Of a stretch of 64,000 nucleotides of DNA, positions 27,927 to 40,501 are shown one piece after another (the first letter of the stretch is position 1; each line of letters starts with the position of its first letter). Under the pieces are notes generated by a model. That model made no database searches, was not told the origin of the DNA, and saw nothing but the letters and a program-made list of their open reading frames with translations. The position numbers were made by a program, and so were the translations under genes. Source of the stretch: Paracoccaceae bacterium (GTDB lineage: Bacteria; Pseudomonadota; Alphaproteobacteria; Rhodobacterales; Rhodobacteraceae); assembly GCA_046292785.1 (NCBI GenBank), contig JBKBQB010000006.1:30530-94529 (forward strand). The letters run 5' to 3'.

Positions 27927-27951
27927 TCTGCGCCCCTGCCCGGAGGTTGCC

Positions 27952-29319
27952 ATGAGTGTCGAGTCTGCCCTGCCCGATCTTGCCTTTCTGGGCCAACGGC
28001 TCAGTCGCACGGCCGCCGTTCTGGATCACCACAGCCAATCCGAAAGCCATATCCGCAGCCGCAGCCCCGATGCGGTGGCTTTTCCCGAAACAACGGCCGA
28101 AGTGGCACAGATCGCCGCCATCTGTACCCGGCATGCAGTGCCGATGATCGGCTGGGGCGCGGGCACCTCGCTCGAAGGCCATGCGCTGGCTCCCAGGGGT
28201 GGCCTGACCCTTGACTTCAGCCGGATGAACGCGGTGCTGGCGATTTATCCCGAAGATATGCTGGCCGTGGTGCAACCCGGCATCACGCGCGAAGCGCTCA
28301 ACGCCGAATTGCGCGCCACCGGCCTGTTCTTCCCGGTCGATCCGGGGGCGAATGCAAGTTTGGGGGGCATGGCGATGACCCGTGCCTCTGGCACAACCGC
28401 CGTGCGCTACGGCACGATGCGCCACAATGTGCTGGGGCTGGAGGTGGTGCTGGCTGATGGCCGCATCATCCGCACAGGGTCATGCGCGCCCAAATCCTCG
28501 GCAGGTTACGATCTGACCGCCCTGATGGTCGGCTCGGAAGGCACCCTTGGGCTGGCCACCGAACTCACTTTGCGCCTGCATCCCCAGCCCGAAGCGGTGT
28601 CGGCCGCCACCTGCGCCTTTCCGGACATCGCGGGTGCGGTGGACTGTGTCACCGCCACGATCCAGTTGGGCATCCCCATGGCACGGATCGAGTTTCTTGA
28701 CACTGAAGCTGTCGTCGCCTGCGCCGCATGGTCGGGCCAGACGCTTTCCGCATCACCGCAACTGCTGGTCGAATTCCACGGCAGCCCGCAAGGGGTTGCC
28801 GAACAGGCCGAACGCTTTGGGGAAATCGCACGCGATTTCGGCTGCAGAGGTTTCCAATGGGCCAAGGCGCAAGAAGACCGCACCCGGCTTTGGGCCATGC
28901 GCCATCAGGCCTATCCCGCCATCCTCGCCACCCGCCCCGGCTGCACCGCCATCGTCACCGATGTCTGCGTCCCGATCTCGGCCCTTGCCGAAGCGGTCGA
29001 AGAAACCCGCGCCGACATTTCCGCCTCTCCGATCCCCGGCCCAATTCTCGGCCATGTGGGCGATGGCAACTTCCACGCCATTTTGCTGGTACACCCCGAC
29101 GACCCGGCTGAAATGGCCATCGCCAAAAGGCTTGCCGCGCGCATGGCGGACCGGGCCCTGCGCCTTGGTGGCACCATTTCTGGCGAACACGGGATCGGCA
29201 TGGGCAAACTGGCGGCCATGGCGGCCGAGCACGGCCCGGCCTGGGCTGTCATGGGGGCGATCAAACACGCTCTCGATCCGCAAGACCTGATGAATCCGGG
29301 CAAACTGGTGCCGCAATGA
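27952..29319 (+). CDS. FAD-linked oxidase (D-lactate dehydrogenase / GlcD-like)
   Basis: PCMH-type FAD-binding N-domain (VAFPETTAEVAQIAAICTRHAVPMIGWGAGTSLEGH), C-terminal SGEHGIGMGK. Confidence 0.85.
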   Translation: MSVESALPDLAFLGQRLSRTAAVLDHHSQSESHIRSRSPDAVAFPETTAEVAQIAAICTRHAVPMIGWGAGTSLEGHALAPRGGLTLDFSRMNAVLAIYPEDMLAVVQPGITREALNAELRATGLFFPVDPGANASLGGMAMTRASGTTAVRYGTMRHNVLGLEVVLADGRIIRTGSCAPKSSAGYDLTALMVGSEGTLGLATELTLRLHPQPEAVSAATCAFPDIAGAVDCVTATIQLGIPMARIEFLDTEAVVACAAWSGQTLSASPQLLVEFHGSPQGVAEQAERFGEIARDFGCRGFQWAKAQEDRTRLWAMRHQAYPAILATRPGCTAIVTDVCVPISALAEAVEETRADISASPIPGPILGHVGDGNFHAILLVHPDDPAEMAIAKRLAARMADRALRLGGTISGEHGIGMGKLAAMAAEHGPAWAVMGAIKHALDPQDLMNPGKLVPQ

Positions 29320-29702
29320 GCCAGCCTGCCGACTTTCCCCGCGCCTTTGCCACTGCTTTCAGCGCCCAGAATGCCGAAGCCATCGCCGCCCTCTTTGCCG
29401 AAGATGGCAGCTTCCACGCCCTGACCGGCCATTGGGCCGAAGGCCGCGACAGCATCTCAAAGGGCATGCGGCAGGAATTCGCCGGCCTGTCGCGCATGGC
29501 CCGACTGGTCAGCGGCAAAACCGCCCTGCGCCCCATTGGTCCCGGCGCCGCCGTGCTGCATCAACGCTATGTTGTGACCGGACTTCGCGATGCCACCGGC
29601 GCAGAACTACCCCGTATCGCCGCTCTGCTCACCGCCGTGCTGGCGGCCAAAGGCGAGGGCTGGCAAGCCCTGACTGCCACCTTCGCCATGGTCGAAGGTT
29701 AG
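29316..29702 (+). CDS. SnoaL/NTF2-like (SgcJ/EcaC-type) small protein
   Basis: 128 aa, F..AF...NAEAIAALFAEDG pattern; ATGA overlap with the upstream stop. Confidence 0.6.
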   Translation: MSQPADFPRAFATAFSAQNAEAIAALFAEDGSFHALTGHWAEGRDSISKGMRQEFAGLSRMARLVSGKTALRPIGPGAAVLHQRYVVTGLRDATGAELPRIAALLTAVLAAKGEGWQALTATFAMVEG

Positions 29703-29717
29703 CCGCCCCTGCCCATT

Positions 29718-29739
29718 GCATCTTTCTGAAATACTCCGG
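29718..29739 (-). repeat. member of the dispersed short motif family (CCGGAGTATTTCAGAAAGATGC on - strand)
   Basis: Between convergent gene ends; resembles 59326-59349. Confidence 0.25.
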
Positions 29740-29833
29740 CGCGGAACGATCTGTCTTTCCCTGCCAGTGAACTTGCGCGCCGTTGCAATCTTGCAGCCAG
29801 AGAAGTGCCGGCAAGAGCGTGCGCGACGTCACG

Positions 29834-31480
29834 CTAACCCAGCAACGCCCGCGCCGCTTCACGCGCGGCATCGCTTACCGTATCGCCCGACAGCATCCGT
29901 GCGATCTCTTCCACGCGTTCCCTTGGGGACAGAGCCTGCACGGTGGACAGGGTTTGCCCCGCCTCGACCCGCTTTTCCACCCGCCAGTGATGCGCGCCCA
30001 GGGCCGCCACCTGTGGGCTGTGTGTCACCACCAGCACTTGCGCCGTATCCGAAAGCAGCTTCAAACGACGCCCCACCGCATCGGCAGTCGCCCCGCCTAC
30101 ACCGCGGTCGATCTCGTCAAAGATCATCGTCAGCCCCTCGGCCTGCCCGGTCAGGCACACTTTCAAGGCCAGCAGGAACCGGCTCAATTCGCCGCCCGAC
30201 GCGATCTTGTTCAACGCACCCGAGGGCGCGCCGGGGTTGGTCGCCACGGTGAACGTCACCTCATCGGCCCCTTCCGGCCCTCCCTCGCCGCGCGTGACCG
30301 CCGTTGCGAACACCGCACGTTCCATCTTCAGCGGTGCCAGTTCCGCCGCCATCGCCCGGTCCAGCCGTCCGGCAGCCTCCTTGCGGGCGGCTGTCAGGCG
30401 GGCGGCTTCGGCAGTCCATGCAGCCTCGGCCTCTGTCACCGTCTTTTGCAGCGCACCGATCCCGGCCTCTCCACTGTCCAGTGCCGACAGCCGCGCGCGC
30501 AAGCCGTCGGCAAAGCCGCCCAGATCATCAGGCAACACCCCATGTTTGCGGGCCAGCCCCCGAACGGCGAACAAGCGTTCCTCGATCGTCTCCAACTCGC
30601 CGGGGTTCACATCCAGCCCGGCCAGACAGGCCTCTACCCCGGCTTGCGCATCCGACAGTTCGATCAGCGCCCGCGCGATGGCCGCCAATGGCGCTTCCAG
30701 CGCACCCTCGGCCCTGTCCGACGCGCCTTCCAGCCAGCGGGTCGCATCGCGCAGGGCCGCTTCGGCGCCGTCGTCCGACAGCATCTGCAAGGCCCTTGCA
30801 ACATCGGCGCGGATCCGCTCGGCACCCTGCATGGCGCGTCTGCGGGCATCCAGCGTGGCTTCCTCGCCTTGCAGCGGGTTCAGCTTGTCCAACTCGGCAA
30901 CCGCATGGCGAAGATACTCCTCCTCGGCCCGCGCGGCTGTCAGCGCGGCCTCGGCCTCTGCCAAAGCCGCCCGCGCCAGGCGCGCCGATGCCCACGCCGC
31001 GCGAGAGGCTGCGAGATCAAGCCCGGCAAACGTATCGAGCAGCGCCCGGTGCCCGCGCGGGTTCAACAGCCCCCGGTCATCATGCTGACCATGCAGTTCC
31101 ACAAGCACCTCGGAGAGCGCCCGCAGCACCTCGCCCGAGACACGGCGATCATTGACGAAAGCCGTCTTGCGGCCATCCGCCGTGTTCACCCGACGCAAAA
31201 TCAGATCGTCCTCGTCCTCGGCCTCGATCCCGGCCTCTGCCAGCACTGCCCGCGCGGCGTGTCCGGGGGCCAGATCAAACACCGCCGTCACCTCGCCCTG
31301 CGCCGCCCCTGCGCGCACCAGTTCTGCCCGGCCCCGCCAGCCCAGCACAAACCCCAGCGCATCCAGCAAAATCGACTTACCAGCCCCGGTCTCGCCGGTC
31401 AGCACATTCAGACCGGCCCCCAGATCAAGGGTCAGCCGATCAATGATCAGCACATCGCGGATATCAAGCGAACGGAGCAT
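29834..31480 (-). CDS. recN: DNA repair protein RecN
   Basis: MLRSLDIRDVLIIDRLTLDL, Walker A GETGAGKSILLDAL, SMC-like coiled coil, C-terminal SGGELSR signature. Confidence 0.9.
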   Translation of the reverse strand: MLRSLDIRDVLIIDRLTLDLGAGLNVLTGETGAGKSILLDALGFVLGWRGRAELVRAGAAQGEVTAVFDLAPGHAARAVLAEAGIEAEDEDDLILRRVNTADGRKTAFVNDRRVSGEVLRALSEVLVELHGQHDDRGLLNPRGHRALLDTFAGLDLAASRAAWASARLARAALAEAEAALTAARAEEEYLRHAVAELDKLNPLQGEEATLDARRRAMQGAERIRADVARALQMLSDDGAEAALRDATRWLEGASDRAEGALEAPLAAIARALIELSDAQAGVEACLAGLDVNPGELETIEERLFAVRGLARKHGVLPDDLGGFADGLRARLSALDSGEAGIGALQKTVTEAEAAWTAEAARLTAARKEAAGRLDRAMAAELAPLKMERAVFATAVTRGEGGPEGADEVTFTVATNPGAPSGALNKIASGGELSRFLLALKVCLTGQAEGLTMIFDEIDRGVGGATADAVGRRLKLLSDTAQVLVVTHSPQVAALGAHHWRVEKRVEAGQTLSTVQALSPRERVEEIARMLSGDTVSDAAREAARALLG

Positions 31481-31516
31481 AGATTTTCCCGTAGGGCGGG
31501 GTTCACCCCGCCGTGA

Positions 31517-32374
31517 TCACAGCCATTCGCCCTTGATCATCTGGCGATAGACCTGCCGCAGCCAGCTGTCGCCCTGCGCCTCGGGCGCCAAACCGCGCCC
31601 CTTGAGCAGCCGGAAACTGTCGTCATAGAACGGCGAGGACTGGTAATTGTAACCCAGAATCGCCCCTGCCGTCTGCGCCTCGGCATTGAAACCAAGCCCA
31701 AGATACGCCTCTACCAGCCGGTGCAGCGCCTCGGCGGTATGGGTGGTGGTCTGGAAATCCTGCACCACGGTGCGGAAACGGTTGATTGCCGCCGTGTAAT
31801 TGCGCCGCTTCAGGTAATAGCGTCCGATTTCCATTTCCTTGCCGGCCAGATGGTCGAAGGCCAGTTCGAATTTCAGCATTGCAGACCGGGCATAGTCGCT
31901 GTCGGGATATTGCTCGATCACGCCACGCATGCCTTGCAGCGCCTGAAAGGTCAGGCCCTGGTCACGACCTACTTCGTCGATCTGGTCGTAATAGGACAGC
32001 GCCATCAGATAAGCGGCGTAAGGCGCATCGTCATCGCCGGGATAGGTATCAAGGAAACGCTGCGCGGATGAGCGCGCTTCCTCATATTCCTTGGCCTTGT
32101 GCTGGCTGAAGGCTTGCATGATCAAAGACCGCTTGGCCCATTCGGAATAGGGGTAAAGCCGTTCAACTTCCTGAAAATAGCGGATTGCATCTTTTGGCTT
32201 TGCGCTGGTTTCCAGCTGCAATTCGCCTTGTTTGTAGATTTCTTCCGCCGTGTAGCTGTCAAGCGTCCGCTCTTGTGTGCCGCGCCCCGCGCAGCCCGCA
32301 AGAATGGAAACCACGAGCGCAATGCCCAACACCTGTGCGCCCGATTTTCCGACTGCCATCGTCTGCCTATCCAT
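31517..32374 (-). CDS. bamD: outer membrane protein assembly factor BamD (ComL/YfiO lipoprotein)
   Basis: Lipobox ILAGCAG, TPR-like repeats (YFQEVERLYPYSEWA...); start among three in-frame ATGs is uncertain. Confidence 0.85.
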   Translation of the reverse strand: MDRQTMAVGKSGAQVLGIALVVSILAGCAGRGTQERTLDSYTAEEIYKQGELQLETSAKPKDAIRYFQEVERLYPYSEWAKRSLIMQAFSQHKAKEYEEARSSAQRFLDTYPGDDDAPYAAYLMALSYYDQIDEVGRDQGLTFQALQGMRGVIEQYPDSDYARSAMLKFELAFDHLAGKEMEIGRYYLKRRNYTAAINRFRTVVQDFQTTTHTAEALHRLVEAYLGLGFNAEAQTAGAILGYNYQSSPFYDDSFRLLKGRGLAPEAQGDSWLRQVYRQMIKGEWL

Positions 32375-32440
32375 CAAACCACCCGGAAGCTGCGCATCGT
32401 GTCGCGCCATCTCCGCCTTGTTGCAGACGTCCTAGCACAG

Positions 32441-32474
32441 AAAAATCCGCTGCGCAAAACGCCTTTGCGCTGCA
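32441..32474 (-). terminator. terminator-like hairpin after lpxC
   Basis: GCGCAAA / TTTGCGC stem followed on the - strand by ATTTTTCT. Confidence 0.5.
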
Positions 32475-32487
32475 GATCACAACCCTG

Positions 32488-33432
32488 TCAGGCCGTTGCG
32501 GGAAGGTCGCTGCGCACAACGCCCATTCCTGGCAGCTTGCCCACGGTCAGGGCGCTGCATTCCACCATACGCCAAGCGGTTGGGTCGGCAAACAACGCCA
32601 CCAATAGCCGGTTGGTCATCGCATGGCCCGCCCGGACCCCGGTGTAGCGTCCCAGAATCGGACCGCCTGCCAGATACAGATCCCCCATGGCGTCCAGCAT
32701 CTTGTGGCGCACGGGTTCATCTTCATGGCGCAACCCGCCGGGCGACAGCACACGATCACCTTCAAACACCACCGCGTTGTCCAACGTGCCGCCAAGCGCC
32801 AGCCCCCGCGCCCGCATCGCATCCACGTCGGCTTGGCGACAAAAAGTGCGGCTGTCAGCCAGTTCGCGCACAAAAGCACCGTTCGACAGGTTCAGATGCT
32901 TGGCCTGCGACCCGATCGCGGCCTCATCGAAATGGATCGAGAAGTCGATTTCCAGCATGTCCGCCGGGTCCAGCCGGGCAATCGCCTCGCCTTCGATGAC
33001 TTCGATCGGCTTCACGATCCGGATCGCGCGGACGGGCGCCGATTGCTCGACCAAGCCCTTTGCCAAAAACCTGTCAACAAAGGCCACCGCGGAACCGTCG
33101 AGGATAGGCACTTCCGGTCCGTCAATCTCGATCACCGCATTGTGGATCGCGCAGCCCGCAAGGGCTGCCATCACATGTTCGATTGTCGACACCTCTACAC
33201 CCGAGTCATTGCGGATCAGCGTGCACAGACGGGACGGCACAACCTGATCCCAACGTGCCGCAATCATGGTATCGCCAGAGATGATGTCGGTGCGCTTGAA
33301 CCAGATGCCGTAGTCTGCGGAGGCAGGCCGCACCACCATGCGCACGGGCGCGCCAGAGTGCAAACCCCGACCTTCAAACACCGCAGCGGATTTCAGCGTA
33401 TTCTGCAAGGCAAGACCCCTAAATCGTCGCAT
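32488..33432 (-). CDS. lpxC: UDP-3-O-acyl-N-acetylglucosamine deacetylase
   Basis: QNTLKSAAVFEGRGLHSGAPVRMVVRPA, EHVMAAL, HKMLDAMGDL. Confidence 0.9.
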   Translation of the reverse strand: MRRFRGLALQNTLKSAAVFEGRGLHSGAPVRMVVRPASADYGIWFKRTDIISGDTMIAARWDQVVPSRLCTLIRNDSGVEVSTIEHVMAALAGCAIHNAVIEIDGPEVPILDGSAVAFVDRFLAKGLVEQSAPVRAIRIVKPIEVIEGEAIARLDPADMLEIDFSIHFDEAAIGSQAKHLNLSNGAFVRELADSRTFCRQADVDAMRARGLALGGTLDNAVVFEGDRVLSPGGLRHEDEPVRHKMLDAMGDLYLAGGPILGRYTGVRAGHAMTNRLLVALFADPTAWRMVECSALTVGKLPGMGVVRSDLPATA

Positions 33433-33564
33433 CCAAAAGCAATCGTCAGAACCCATCGTTCAAAAATGCGTTCCATGACACTGAAGTAAGGTTTTGAACG
33501 GTCAATGCCAACTCACGGTTTGTGTCGCAAAATGACAGAAAGAACATCGCGCAAACTGTTGATA

Positions 33565-33600
33565 CATATAAAGAAAAGCCCGCACATCCGGCGGGCTTTT
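33565..33600 (-). terminator. strong intrinsic (bidirectional) terminator after ftsZ
   Basis: Perfect 10-bp stem AAAAGCCCGC / GCGGGCTTTT with T runs on both strands. Confidence 0.75.
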
Positions 33601-33621
33601 CTCAATTGTTACAAGGATGTA

Positions 33622-35280
<1,659 letters not shown>

Positions 35281-35508
35281 TGCCTATCCGCCTGTCTTTT
35301 GTTGTGTCGCCAGAGGTCGTCTTGCCGCCGCGTTCAATGTTTTGATCGGGTCGCAGGCGCCTGTCCCGGACGCACTCTTCCCGAATTACAGCCTAGAATA
35401 TCCACAAGGCCGCCAGTCGTCATTAGAAAAAGAGCCCAGACCCCACAAAATATGGGGTTTGTTGCAGGTTTCTCAGCGGGATTTCGCCGTAAGCGCAGAA
35501 TGTAGCGG

Positions 35509-36840
35509 TCACCAGTTGTCTTTGAACCATTTCACCACCCGCTTGAGAGACCGCGCCGGATAGCGTTCGGTCGGAATTTCGAAATCCCACCATTCATCCT
35601 GCGGATGCGCCGCGAACAGACACAGCCCCACGGTCGATGAAAACGCGGCCCCCGTCGCCGCCTGCGGCAGGCCCTGCACCCGCAGCGGGCGGCCCAAACG
35701 CACGCGCTGGCCAAGGATCCGGCTGGCCAATCCGTCCAGTCCGGGGATCTGGCTTGCACCCCCCGTCAGCACGATCTGCTGGCTGGGAAGGCTGTCAAAG
35801 CCCGCCGCATCCAGCCTTGCGCGCACCTCTTCCAGAATTTCCTCGACCCGAGGGCGCATGATGCCGATCAACTCGGTCCGGCTGACCTGACGGCGATCTT
35901 TTTCCCAATCGCCGCTGTCGCCGCCCACCTCGATCATCTCGCGGTCATCCATACCCGTGGCCTGCACACCGCCATGTTTGGTCTTGATCCGCTCGGCCAC
36001 CGCCATCGGCACCATCAACCCCTTGGAGATGTCAGACGTGACGTGATCGCCCCCCATCCGCACCGCATCGGCAAAGATCATGTGTTTCTTGATGAACACC
36101 GAAATGCCGGTGGAGCCGCCGCCCATGTCGATGCACGCGGCCCCCAGCTCCTGTTCATCCTCCACCAGCGCCGAGACACCCGACACATAGGCGGACGAGG
36201 CAATCCCCGCCAGTTCCAGATCGCAGCGCTGGATGCAGTGGAGCAGGTTCTGAACCACCGTGCCATCAATCGACAACAGGTGCATGTCGGTCGCCAGCCG
36301 GTTGCCAATCTGCCCGCGCGGATCGCCAAGGCCAGAGCGGTGATCAAGGGCGAAGTTCACCGGCTGGGCGTGCAGCACCTCGCGCCCCTGCCCGATGTCG
36401 GGCACATCACAAGCGGCCAGCACGCGGGCCACGTCCTGTTCGGTAACAACCGAGTCTTCCAGATCGATCTCGCCCGCCAGACCATAGCTGCGCGGCTCTG
36501 CCCCCGAAAAGCAGGCGATCACATGATCGACCCGCACATTGGCCATCTTTTGCGCGGCCTGCACGGCGGTGCGCACCGCACGTTCGGTTTCCGCCATCAC
36601 CGCGATTTCGCCAAAGCGCACGCCGCGCGAGCGTGTGGTGGCCGCGCCGATCACCCGGAACGATGATTGCCCGGCCATCGGGCCCACCGTTTCGTCGCCC
36701 AGACTGCCCAAGCCATCAAAGCGCAGGATCAGACAGGCGATTTTCGATGTGCCGATGTCCAGAATGGCGATCACACCGCGTTGCATGGCGGCGCGGCGCA
36801 TGTTCCGCATGGCGCGTTGCACCTGATAAAGGTCGGTCAT
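35509..36840 (-). CDS. ftsA: cell division protein FtsA
   Basis: Actin-fold motifs LDIGTSKIACL and IDMGGGSTGISVF. Confidence 0.95.
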   Translation of the reverse strand: MTDLYQVQRAMRNMRRAAMQRGVIAILDIGTSKIACLILRFDGLGSLGDETVGPMAGQSSFRVIGAATTRSRGVRFGEIAVMAETERAVRTAVQAAQKMANVRVDHVIACFSGAEPRSYGLAGEIDLEDSVVTEQDVARVLAACDVPDIGQGREVLHAQPVNFALDHRSGLGDPRGQIGNRLATDMHLLSIDGTVVQNLLHCIQRCDLELAGIASSAYVSGVSALVEDEQELGAACIDMGGGSTGISVFIKKHMIFADAVRMGGDHVTSDISKGLMVPMAVAERIKTKHGGVQATGMDDREMIEVGGDSGDWEKDRRQVSRTELIGIMRPRVEEILEEVRARLDAAGFDSLPSQQIVLTGGASQIPGLDGLASRILGQRVRLGRPLRVQGLPQAATGAAFSSTVGLCLFAAHPQDEWWDFEIPTERYPARSLKRVVKWFKDNW

Positions 36841-37748
36841 AGCTGGCTCCTGCTGGTGTCGATGCCCTGGGATTGCCGCAACTGGTTCAGCGCAAAGGGC
36901 GCCAGACGCAGCACGGGGCGATGGTCGGTTCTCAGGTCCACGGTCAGAATATCGCGCCCCAGCAAATCACCCGCCTGATGCAGGGCGATCAGCCGTTCGA
37001 TGGCGGCAATCGGTTTGTCTTCGGGCAGCAAGATCCGCTGATTGCGGTCCAGAACCACATCCCAGCGGCGTTCCCCCACCCGCACCAGCCCACGCACGCG
37101 GGCAGAGATCGGGGCGGCGGCGGCCAGCAGGGCAAGCGCCTCGGGCGTGGCGGCATCCGCGCCGTCGCCAGCAACCACCGGCAGATCGGGCCGGTCGCTG
37201 CGCGCGGCAAGGCTGGCCACCCGGTGCCCGGTCGCATCCAGCATCTCGATCCCGCCTTCTGTGCGCCACAGCAGCTTTGGCTCGCGTTCGGTGATCGCCA
37301 CTTCCAGCACGCCCCCCGTGCGAACGATCAGATCGGCGCGCGCGATGGCGTCCAGTTCCTGAATGCGCGCCCGTGCGGCAGCAAGGTCGATATCGAACGA
37401 CGACTGCGGCAGCTTCAGATCCAGCCGCGCCCGCACCACATCGGCCAGTTCCGGAGAGGCGCCAACAACCGAGACCAGATCCACCATGAACTCGGGCCGG
37501 TTCTGAAACTGGGTGCGGATCTCGGTGATGCCGCCCGATATCATGTCGCGCCGGCCTTCATCGGCCAAAAAGATCCCGACGGTCGCGGTCAGAACGAAAG
37601 TCGGCACCCCAACGCGGAACAGGATGCGGAACAGCGGCGTCAGCCAAAGCCGCTGCATCCGGTATGCCCAGCGGGATGGCGCCGGATCACGCCGCAGCGG
37701 AATTGCGGCAAGCGGTGCGGGACGGCGCGGCGCGCTCAGCGGTTGCAT
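36837..37748 (-). CDS. ftsQ: cell division protein FtsQ
   Basis: Single TM then POTRA/FtsQ-type region; position between ddl and ftsA; ATGA overlap with ftsA; ATG 37748 chosen. Confidence 0.8.
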   Translation of the reverse strand: MQPLSAPRRPAPLAAIPLRRDPAPSRWAYRMQRLWLTPLFRILFRVGVPTFVLTATVGIFLADEGRRDMISGGITEIRTQFQNRPEFMVDLVSVVGASPELADVVRARLDLKLPQSSFDIDLAAARARIQELDAIARADLIVRTGGVLEVAITEREPKLLWRTEGGIEMLDATGHRVASLAARSDRPDLPVVAGDGADAATPEALALLAAAAPISARVRGLVRVGERRWDVVLDRNQRILLPEDKPIAAIERLIALHQAGDLLGRDILTVDLRTDHRPVLRLAPFALNQLRQSQGIDTSRSQL

Positions 37749-38653
37749 GATGCATCCTCCACAATCCAGCGGCACAGGTCGGGAAAGGAATAACCCACAT
37801 GGGCGGCTTGTTCGGGTGACAGCGAGGTAGCGGTCATCCCCGGTTGGGTGTTCGTCTCCAGCAGGATCAGCCCGGCCAAACCTTTGCTATCATCCCAGCG
37901 GAAATCCGTGCGGCTCAGCCCCCGGCACCCAAGGGCGCGATGCGCACGCAAGGCGTAGTCGAGGCAAGCGGCCTCGATCTCGGCGGGCAGGGTCGCGGGC
38001 ACTTCATGGCGGCTGCCGCCGGGTTTGTATTTGGCGTCATAATCATACCAGCCATCGGTGATGATGTCGGTCACGCAAAGCGCCCGGTCCCCCATCACGC
38101 TGACGGTCAACTCGCGCCCCGGCACATAGGTTTCCACCATCACCGTCTCTGGCATCTGCGCCGACAGGCGCGGCGCATTGCTGCCCGGATGCACCAGATA
38201 AACCCCGACCGATGACCCTTCGGCGTTCGGTTTGACCACGTAAGGAGGAGGCAGAACATGGCCCGCCTCAACCGCTTCGCGCGGCACGATCACGGACTGA
38301 GCCACCGGCAAACCGGCGGCGCGGTAGATCTCTTTGGTGCGCTGCTTGTCCATCGCAAGGCTGGACGCGAGCACACCGGAATGGGTGTAGGGAATCCGCA
38401 GCCACTCCAGCATGCCCTGAACACATCCGTCTTCGCCCCAACGGCCATGCAGGGCGTTGAAAACCACGTCGGGTTTGATGTCGGTCAGTCTTGTTGACAG
38501 ATCGGGGCCGGCATCGACCTCGATCACGTCATATCCCGCCTCGCGCAGCGCATGCCCACAGGCTTTGCCTGTTGACAAGGAAACCTCCCGCTCTGCGGAA
38601 AGTCCACCCATTATAACCGCTACGCGGGACACCCTGCCAGATGCGCCCGCCAT
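37736..38653 (-). CDS. ddl: D-alanine--D-alanine ligase
   Basis: [22 protein letters not shown]-grasp core, [10 protein letters not shown]. Confidence 0.9.
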   Translation of the reverse strand: MAGASGRVSRVAVIMGGLSAEREVSLSTGKACGHALREAGYDVIEVDAGPDLSTRLTDIKPDVVFNALHGRWGEDGCVQGMLEWLRIPYTHSGVLASSLAMDKQRTKEIYRAAGLPVAQSVIVPREAVEAGHVLPPPYVVKPNAEGSSVGVYLVHPGSNAPRLSAQMPETVMVETYVPGRELTVSVMGDRALCVTDIITDGWYDYDAKYKPGGSRHEVPATLPAEIEAACLDYALRAHRALGCRGLSRTDFRWDDSKGLAGLILLETNTQPGMTATSLSPEQAAHVGYSFPDLCRWIVEDASCNR

Positions 38654-38715
38654 TTTACTGCCTCTCGGGTCACGTTTCGGACCCTTATTCTTGTTAGTGT
38701 GCGGCCGGTTGCGCG

Positions 38716-39636
38716 TTACACTTCACCAATCCGCATAATTTCCCATTCTAACGTGATCCCGCTGCTTTGGAAAACCTTTTTTCTGACATCTTCGCCCAGA
38801 TTTTCCAGCTCGGCAGCAGTTGCGCCACCCGTGTTGATCAGAAAATTCGAGTGCATCTGGCTCATTTGCGCGCCGCCCAGCGTTGCACCACGCATTCCGG
38901 CGTCGTCGATGACCTTCCATGCCTTCAACTCGTGGCTGTCATCGGGCAACCCCGTCGAAGAATGGCCGACGGGATTACGAAAAGTTGATCCCGCACTGCG
39001 CTCTTTGGTGGGCTGGCTGGCATCGCGTTTGGCAATCTGATCTTCCATGCGACGTTGCAGGAACGCCGGATCGGCTGCTTTTGCACGAAAGGTCGCGTGA
39101 ACCACAACCGCGCCTTCGGGCAGGTCCGACTGGCGATAGCGCAGGTTCAACGCGGCTGCGGGCAGATCGACGACCTGGCCCTCGCGCGTCACCACACGCA
39201 CCTTTTCCAGTACATCGGCGACATATGTGCCATAGCAACCCGCGTTCATGCGCACCGCCCCGCCGATGCTGCCGGGAATTGTGCGCAGAAAAGTCAGGTC
39301 CAGCCCCGCCTCGGCGGCTTTGCGGGCCACATGCGCATCAAGCGCGGCCGCGCCAGCACTTACAGACGTGCCGTCAATCTCGATCCTGTTGAAGCCGCGT
39401 CCCAGCCGGACAACCACGGCCCGCAGCCCCCCGTCGCGCACGATCAGGTTTGATCCAACCCCCATGGGAAATACTGCGATCTGATCGGGCAAGGCGGCAA
39501 GAAATGACGCCAGATCCGCCTCATCCTCGGGCTGAAACAGCCAATCCGCAGGCCCGCCGACACGCAGCCATGTCAGATCGGCCAAGGCGCGGTTGGGGGT
39601 AAGGGTGCCGCGGGGTGTGGGAATGATCAAAGTCAT
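38716..39636 (-). CDS. murB: UDP-N-acetylenolpyruvoylglucosamine reductase
   Basis: [37 protein letters not shown]. Confidence 0.9.
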   Translation of the reverse strand: MTLIIPTPRGTLTPNRALADLTWLRVGGPADWLFQPEDEADLASFLAALPDQIAVFPMGVGSNLIVRDGGLRAVVVRLGRGFNRIEIDGTSVSAGAAALDAHVARKAAEAGLDLTFLRTIPGSIGGAVRMNAGCYGTYVADVLEKVRVVTREGQVVDLPAAALNLRYRQSDLPEGAVVVHATFRAKAADPAFLQRRMEDQIAKRDASQPTKERSAGSTFRNPVGHSSTGLPDDSHELKAWKVIDDAGMRGATLGGAQMSQMHSNFLINTGGATAAELENLGEDVRKKVFQSSGITLEWEIMRIGEV

Positions 39637-39701
39637 GCGCCTTGGTATCCGTCTGCCCCGGCGAAAGACAAGGCCCTGTAACCAACGAAATCGGGCGAAT
39701 A

Positions 39702-39732
39702 AAACCGGGCGCAGCTATGCTGCGCCCGGTTT
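39702..39732 (-). terminator. strong intrinsic terminator between the PRC-barrel gene and murB
   Basis: Perfect 14-bp stem AAACCGGGCGCAGC / GCTGCGCCCGGTTT, 3-nt loop, TTTTATT tail on the - strand. Confidence 0.75.
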
Positions 39733-39798
39733 GTCGAGTTTGGTTTGGTCTGTGCGCCTTTGTGCTCATTGCGACGGCACTTGCAGTGCAAAAGCGGC

Positions 39799-40182
39799 CT
39801 AGAGCCAGTATGGAGCAACGCCATAATAGTCGTGGCTGCGCTTTTGCCAGTCACGATTTTCACGCCACGTTTCGTCCTGCTTCGGGGCATTTTCAAGCTG
39901 CTCTTTGGTCAGATCAGTCACATAGCCTTCGCGTGACGTATCATATTTCAGCTTGCCGAAGGGAATCGCGTGGTGATCGCTGCCGATCCCCAGAAAACCG
40001 CCGAATTCCAGCACGCCATAAACGATCTTGCCCGATGATGTGTCGACCATGACGTCGTCAATATGGCCAAGTTCGTCGCCCGCCGGGCTGAAGACGCGGG
40101 TGCCCTGAACCGATTTGCCAGAGATCAGGCCGCCGTTTTTGGGCATGGTCGAAGTTTTGTCAGCAAAAGATTGGGTTTGCAT
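39799..40182 (-). CDS. PRC-barrel domain protein
   Basis: LISGKSVQGTRVFSPAGDELGHIDDVMVDTSSGKIVYGVLEFGGFLGIG typical PRC barrel; strong RBS GGAGGA before ATG 40182. Confidence 0.8.
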   Translation of the reverse strand: MQTQSFADKTSTMPKNGGLISGKSVQGTRVFSPAGDELGHIDDVMVDTSSGKIVYGVLEFGGFLGIGSDHHAIPFGKLKYDTSREGYVTDLTKEQLENAPKQDETWRENRDWQKRSHDYYGVAPYWL

Positions 40183-40246
40183 CGCTCGTCCTCCATTTCG
40201 CAGACGGGGCCAAGAGCGGCCTTTCGTGTCTGCCTTACATTGAACC

Positions 40247-40272
40247 AACCCCTCAGACACCATGTCAGTTCC
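40247..40272 (-). promoter_or_regulatory. weak EcfG-like promoter candidate GGAAC-N17-GGTT for the PRC-barrel gene
   Basis: GGAAC (40272-40268) and GGTT (40250-47) on the - strand, about 65 nt upstream of the ATG; the -10 element deviates from CGTT. Confidence 0.2.
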
Positions 40273-40501
40273 ACCACTCCAGCGCCTTTCGTGTTGTCCG
40301 AAACGTCAGATCACACCTGCGCTGAGCGTTCACAACGACTTAAGGGTGCCTGATCAGCCCGCTGACGCCCACACACAAACCACCTGAGCTGCGATTACAG
40401 CGCGGGGGTAAAATCGGGGTCAATCCATTCGCGGGAACCAACACCAAAAAGCGCGCGTTTCATTCAAGTGCTGTTGATTGACCCGAACACAGGAGAACGC
40501 C

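Noticed and set aside
29783-31516. 577-aa plus-strand ORF, and overlapping 30207-31155 ORFs
   Set aside because: Antisense to recN (Walker A, SMC architecture). Low-complexity Arg/Pro/Gln-rich translation.
33458-33473. GTTC-N8-GTTC upstream of lpxC as a LexA box
   Set aside because: The spacer is 8 nt, not 7, and lpxC is not an expected SOS gene. Treated as chance.
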